This document shows positions 59,586 through 64,000 of a stretch of 64,000 nucleotides of DNA, piece by piece (the first letter of the stretch is position 1; the number at the start of each line of letters is the position of its first letter). A program made the position numbers and the translations under genes. The DNA comes from Rickettsiales bacterium UBA1997 (GTDB lineage Bacteria; Pseudomonadota; Alphaproteobacteria; Rickettsiales; UBA1997): contig CAXNJM010000002.1 of the NCBI GenBank assembly GCA_964202895.1, positions 1 through 64,000 on the forward strand. Reading direction: 5' to 3'. The notes under the pieces are model-generated. The model was not told where the DNA came from. It saw nothing but the letters and a program-made list of their open reading frames with translations, and made no database searches.

Positions 59586-60383
59586 ATGGCAGAGTTTAAG
59601 CTTCCTAAAAATTCGCAAATTGACAAAAATGCAGGCAATTTTTATAAGGCTCCAGATGGTGCAAAAAATACCCGTATCTTTGAAATTTATCGCTACGACC
59701 CCGAAGATCTAGAAAAAAAGAACCCTCATATCGATAAATTTGAAATTGATCTTGATAATTGTGGTCCGATGATTCTTGATGCTTTAATTAAAATCAAGGG
59801 AGAGCTAGACAGCTCCCTTACTTTTCGTAGATCTTGCCGAGAAGGAATTTGCGGTTCATGCTCAATGAATATTGACGGCACTAATGGTTTAGCTTGCACT
59901 AGGGCAATTGGCGATTGCAGTAAATCTGCGGTTAAAATTTATCCTTTACCGCATATGCCTGTAATTAAAGATCTGGTTCCTGATTTAACTAATTTTTATG
60001 AGCAATACAAATCAATTGAGCCATGGTTGAAGGCTGATAAGCCAGAAGCTAGCGACAAAGAAAGGTTGCAATCTCCCGAAGAAAGAGAAAAACTAGACGG
60101 TCTTTATGAGTGTATTCTTTGTGCTTGTTGTTCAACTTCTTGCCCTAGCTATTGGTGGAACGGCGATAAATATCTTGGCCCCGCAACCTTATTGCAAGCC
60201 CAAAGATGGATAGTAGACTCCAGAGACGAAGCAACCGACGAAAGGCTTGATGCTCTTGAAGATTCCTTTAAATTATATCGTTGCCATACTATCATGAATT
60301 GTGCTAGTGCTTGCCCCAAAGGCTTAAACCCGGCAAAAGCAATTGGTAAAATTAAGCAGGCTATTGCCAGCAAAAAAGCTTAA
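59586..60383 (+). CDS. sdhB: Succinate dehydrogenase iron-sulfur subunit
   Basis: 265 aa; 2Fe-2[10 protein letters not shown], 4Fe-4[12 protein letters not shown], 3Fe-4[13 protein letters not shown]. Confidence 0.95.
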   Translation: MAEFKLPKNSQIDKNAGNFYKAPDGAKNTRIFEIYRYDPEDLEKKNPHIDKFEIDLDNCGPMILDALIKIKGELDSSLTFRRSCREGICGSCSMNIDGTNGLACTRAIGDCSKSAVKIYPLPHMPVIKDLVPDLTNFYEQYKSIEPWLKADKPEASDKERLQSPEEREKLDGLYECILCACCSTSCPSYWWNGDKYLGPATLLQAQRWIVDSRDEATDERLDALEDSFKLYRCHTIMNCASACPKGLNPAKAIGKIKQAIASKKA

Positions 60384-60559
60384 CTCAATCATTAGCTTAC
60401 TTAGTCATATAATAGGTTAAAAATTCTTTAAAGAATGATGTAGTTTTTTGTTAACTTTTTTGTTTGCTGAATAAAAACCCCAATATCGTTGATGCAAAGA
60501 TATAAATCTTTTATTTCCTGATTTTAATAAGGTTAGATAATTTTAATAATTTTTTAAAA

Positions 60560-61426
60560 ATGGATAAGAAAATTTTGTTTTTAGGATGCGGTAAGATGGG
60601 CTCCATATTGCTTGCAAACCTAGTTGAAATCAGTAAAATCAAGCCTCAACAAATTGCGGTTATAAAAAATAATTGCGATAAGGTAATTTTTAGTCATAAA
60701 AAAAGTTGGCATGATGATTTATTGATTATTGATGATTCTAGCGATTTCCCCTCTGATTATTGTGCCGATATAATATTTATATCTGTTAAGCCTCAAGATG
60801 CAATATTAGCAACTTCTAAATTGTTAAACCGCAAAATTACTAGTGAAAACACAATATTTATTTCTATTCTTGCTGGCAAAACAATAAATTTTCTAGAAGA
60901 AATTTTTAAGCAATTTATTGTTGAGCCTAAAATTGTTAGAACGATGCCTAATTTGCCAATTAAACAGGGTAAAGGAATTTTTGCTTATAAAATGAATAAA
61001 AATCTCCAGCAAAATGATATTACCTATTTAGAATCAATATTTTCAAGCTTTGGAGAATTGTTATTATTAGAAAATGAAGAGCTTTTTAATGTGGTAACGG
61101 CGATTTTTGGCTCTGGTCCTGCCTATATTTTTCTATTACAAGAAATATTGGTAAATATTGCTACAAAAAATGGCATTAAAGAAGAGCAGGCTGTAAGGCT
61201 GGTTAATCATTTATTTTTTGGTAGCTCGTTAATGGTTGAAAAATATATTGCTGATGATGCAAAATTGAATTTGCAGTCTTTAATTGAATTGAGAGAGCAA
61301 GTAACTTCTAAAAAAGGAACCACGGAATCGGCAATTGCAATTTTAACTCAAGATAATCAATTGAATAATATTTTTATTGAAGCGATAGATTCAGCAATTG
61401 CAAGGTCTAAAGAATTATCATCGTAA
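60560..61426 (+). CDS. proC: Pyrroline-5-carboxylate reductase
   Basis: 288 aa; N-terminal Rossmann FLGCGKMG; C-terminal ProC dimerisation domain (GSGPAY...TSKKGTTESAI). Confidence 0.8.
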   Translation: MDKKILFLGCGKMGSILLANLVEISKIKPQQIAVIKNNCDKVIFSHKKSWHDDLLIIDDSSDFPSDYCADIIFISVKPQDAILATSKLLNRKITSENTIFISILAGKTINFLEEIFKQFIVEPKIVRTMPNLPIKQGKGIFAYKMNKNLQQNDITYLESIFSSFGELLLLENEELFNVVTAIFGSGPAYIFLLQEILVNIATKNGIKEEQAVRLVNHLFFGSSLMVEKYIADDAKLNLQSLIELREQVTSKKGTTESAIAILTQDNQLNNIFIEAIDSAIARSKELSS

Positions 61427-61441
61427 TTTAAAAACATCGAT

Positions 61442-62317
61442 ATGTTAGAATTTATTAAAATGAATGCTTCGGGCAATGATTTTATCATCATTGATGCTAG
61501 AAAAATTGATATTTCAATTAATAGCGAGCAGATTGCTTTTTTTTCTAAGAGGCAAAATATCGGTTGCGACCAGTTTATTGTTATTCGTAGCCCTGATTTA
61601 GCATTGAGCAAGTTGGCAATTAATGAAGGTGCATTGGCAAAAAATAATATTATCATTTTTATGGAAATATATAATGCTGATGGTTCTGAAGCAAGAGCCT
61701 GTGGCAATGCTACTCGTGCAGTTGCTGGTTTGCTGTTTGAAGAAACTAAAAAAGATGCTTTTTCAATTGCTACAATTGCAGGGATCATCAAATGCAACCT
61801 CAGAGATAACAAAAAAATCGCCGTAGAATTAGCAATTCCAACCTTTGCTAATGCGGATATACCGCTAGTTGAGAATTTTAATAATCAAATAATTGATTCA
61901 CAAAATATTAATTTATTTGGTCGTAAATTCTTTGTTTTATCAGTTGGCAACCCTCATCTAGTAACTTTCATTGATAAATCAATAGAGGATGAAGAGTTTT
62001 TTAGAATTTCTCCATTAATTGAAAATCATCAATATTTTCCTCAAAAAATTAATGTTGAATTTGCCAAAATTATTGATGATTGCAATATTGATGTAAGGGT
62101 ATGGGAAAGAGGTTGCGGTGAAACTCTTGCTTGTGGCAGTGGTGCTTGTGCGGTGGCTATTTCAGCGATTAAACATAATTTAGTTAGTAGTAAAAAATTA
62201 TTACTACATTTTAAGGGTGGCGATATTGAAGTTTGTTGGAATAATGATATAAAAGATGCTCCTGTAGTAATGGTTGGCGATTATTACAAAATATTTTATG
62301 GAAAAATTATTATTTGA
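61442..62317 (+). CDS. dapF: Diaminopimelate epimerase
   Basis: 291 aa; MNASGNDFIIID, catalytic Cys pair (ARACGNATR, ACGSGACA). Confidence 0.85.
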   Translation: MLEFIKMNASGNDFIIIDARKIDISINSEQIAFFSKRQNIGCDQFIVIRSPDLALSKLAINEGALAKNNIIIFMEIYNADGSEARACGNATRAVAGLLFEETKKDAFSIATIAGIIKCNLRDNKKIAVELAIPTFANADIPLVENFNNQIIDSQNINLFGRKFFVLSVGNPHLVTFIDKSIEDEEFFRISPLIENHQYFPQKINVEFAKIIDDCNIDVRVWERGCGETLACGSGACAVAISAIKHNLVSSKKLLLHFKGGDIEVCWNNDIKDAPVVMVGDYYKIFYGKIII

Positions 62318-64000
62318 TATTAATTCTTTTTAATTTTATTAATTGGCGGGTGGTTTCAAATAATATTACTAATAGTGCTGAGAAAAAAATAAGTGCTATC
62401 GAGCCAACTAGCCGTTGATTAAAAATTATTTGTAAGGCTTCCTGAATTTTTTCTTCTCCAATAATCTGATTTTGATTAATTTTTTCTTGCAGATGATTAG
62501 CGAGAGCAAAGAAGCTGATTTTATGATTGTCGGAAAAAGTTTTTTGCCAGAGAGTGCTAGAAATTGTTATGGTTAGGAATATTAATGGTATCGCGGTAAT
62601 TAAAAAATAGGGTTTTTTGTGCTTTTTAGCGATAATGGTAGTTGCAAGAGCAAGGGCAATTACTGCTAATATTTGATTAGAAATACCAAATAAAGGCCAC
62701 AATATGTTGATGCCTCCATTTGGGTCAATAACCCCTAAATATAAAAAATATCCCCAACAGCTGACAATTATAAGGCTGGTAAATATTGTAGATAAGTGGT
62801 GTATGAATTGTGATTTTTTTGCATTCGGATGTTTATTGTTTAATCCTAATTTTTTGTTGATATTGGATAGCAGGTCTTGAAGCATGAATCTTGCGACTCG
62901 AGTTCCTGCATCGAGAGTAGTGAGAATAAATATCGCTTCAAACATAATTGCAAAGTGATACCAAATTGCAGTAAGGTTAGAGCTGCCTCCAAAGCCTTTG
63001 CTGAAAATATTTGCCATACCTACGGCTAAAGACGGCGCTCCTCCAGTTCTGTCGAATAAAGAGGTTTCGCCCATTTTTTTAGCAAGATTATCCATTTCTT
63101 CGCTTGATACTGCAAAGCCCCAGCTGTTAATTGTAGTGACGGCATTGTTGATATCATTGCCAAAGTTTGCTAAGGGTGAATTTATTGCAAAATAGACTCC
63201 CGGCTCAAGAATCGAGGCACAAATTACTGCCATTATTGCCACCATTGATTCAATGAGCATACTGCCATAACCAACCATTCTTACATCACTCTCATTGCTA
63301 ATAATTTTTGAGGTTGTGCCTGATGCCACTAGGCTATGAAAGCCTGAAATTGCACCGCAGGCGATGGTGATAAATAGAAATGGAAAGATTTTGCCACTAA
63401 AAATTGGTCCACTGCCATCAATAAATTGTGTAATTGCGGGCATTTGTAGATGTGGTTGAAAAATTAATAATGCTAATGCCAGTAAAATTAAAGTGCCAAT
63501 TTTTAAGAAAGAGGAGAGATAGTCTCTTGGTGCGAGTAGTAGCCAAATTGGCATTGCGGAAGCAAAAAAACCGTAAATAATGATTGAAATTGCTAAAAAT
63601 TTGCCATTATGGTCAAAAATTTGTGCTAAAGCAGGGTTTTCGTTGATCCATTTTCCACCGATGGTTGCAAGTAAAAATAAGGCTATTCCTATAAGGCTTG
63701 CCTCTAAAACCTTTGCTGGTCTTAAATAAAACATATAAAGCCCTATAAACATTGCAATTGGAATAGTCGCCGATACGGTAAAGGTTCCCCATGGGCTATG
63801 CATTAAAGCCTTAACTACAATTAGCCCCAATACTGCAATCAAAATAATAATAATTGAAAGAGTGGTAAAAAGAGCGATGAAGCCAGCGAGTGGGCTAATT
63901 TCATCTTTTATCATTTGTCCGAGGCTTTTGCCATCTCTTCTAACCGAGGCGAATAAAATTATCATATCTTGAACTGCTCCGCCGATTACCGCCCCAATCA
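62310..64000 (-). CDS. cstA: Carbon starvation protein CstA (partial; N-terminus lies beyond the window end)
   Basis: Multi-TM; CstA family blocks (GVYFAINSPL, TSLFDRTGGAPSLAVGMA). The frame stays open to position 64000. Confidence 0.8.
   Translation of the reverse strand, partial: IGAVIGGAVQDMIILFASVRRDGKSLGQMIKDEISPLAGFIALFTTLSIIIILIAVLGLIVVKALMHSPWGTFTVSATIPIAMFIGLYMFYLRPAKVLEASLIGIALFLLATIGGKWINENPALAQIFDHNGKFLAISIIIYGFFASAMPIWLLLAPRDYLSSFLKIGTLILLALALLIFQPHLQMPAITQFIDGSGPIFSGKIFPFLFITIACGAISGFHSLVASGTTSKIISNESDVRMVGYGSMLIESMVAIMAVICASILEPGVYFAINSPLANFGNDINNAVTTINSWGFAVSSEEMDNLAKKMGETSLFDRTGGAPSLAVGMANIFSKGFGGSSNLTAIWYHFAIMFEAIFILTTLDAGTRVARFMLQDLLSNINKKLGLNNKHPNAKKSQFIHHLSTIFTSLIIVSCWGYFLYLGVIDPNGGINILWPLFGISNQILAVIALALATTIIAKKHKKPYFLITAIPLIFLTITISSTLWQKTFSDNHKISFFALANHLQEKINQNQIIGEEKIQEALQIIFNQRLVGSIALIFFSALLVILFETTRQLIKLKRINIK

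Overview
This is a 64 kb window from an AT-rich (about 30% GC) alphaproteobacterial genome in Rickettsiales/Rickettsiaceae style. It is densely coding and interspersed with Rickettsia-palindromic-element (RPE)-like repeats built from modules such as gggtcccgactttcgtcgggatgacgg and cgtcatgccgttg.aaaacggcacccagaaagag. It is probably not Rickettsia sensu stricto: gpmI, ilvC, ribE, proC, dapF and cstA are present. Housekeeping genes recognised: gpmI, ccmE, priA, fumC, selO, msrBA, gpx, pgsA, hemB, rnj, ppa, yggS, fabG, glmU, ilvC, ribE, rpoH, rlmB, trmL, sdhAB, proC, dapF, a partial cstA, tRNA-Asn and tRNA-Thr. Two defence islands stand out. The first is an Mrr-like type IV enzyme next to a complete type II C5-methyltransferase/PD-ExK endonuclease cassette. 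The cassette is bracketed by inverted palindromic elements and a roughly 375 bp direct duplication of the selO 3' end, which looks like insertion with long target duplication. A T7/A7 slippery tract at the endonuclease stop codon leads into a start-less 137-codon ORF. The second is a type I hsdM-rhuM-hsdS-hsdR operon in which hsdR is frameshifted at a T4 run and RPEs supply the hsdS C-terminus. A second, degraded hsd locus lies next to it, leaving an RPE-truncated rhuM fragment and a 38 bp hsdR scar, followed by the tRNA pair. Other notable items: (1) a translationally coupled operon of an SPFH/band-7 protein fused in frame to an outer-membrane beta-barrel-like domain, then MerP-like and MerT-like genes, with no merA or merR; (2) an OvoA/EgtB-like sulfoxide synthase lacking a methyltransferase domain, divergent from a possible GCS2-like ligase, in a redox neighbourhood (MsrBA, renalase-like, Gpx, DUF2237, DUF2256); (3) ileS truncated at codon 449, followed by a solo HEPN (HI0074-type) gene and an RPE cluster; (4) an MBOAT plus SGNH-like O-acetylation pair with an unusual His-to-Asn change in the WHISL motif; (5) several short tandem repeats, a hairpin and a G9 tract in promoter regions.
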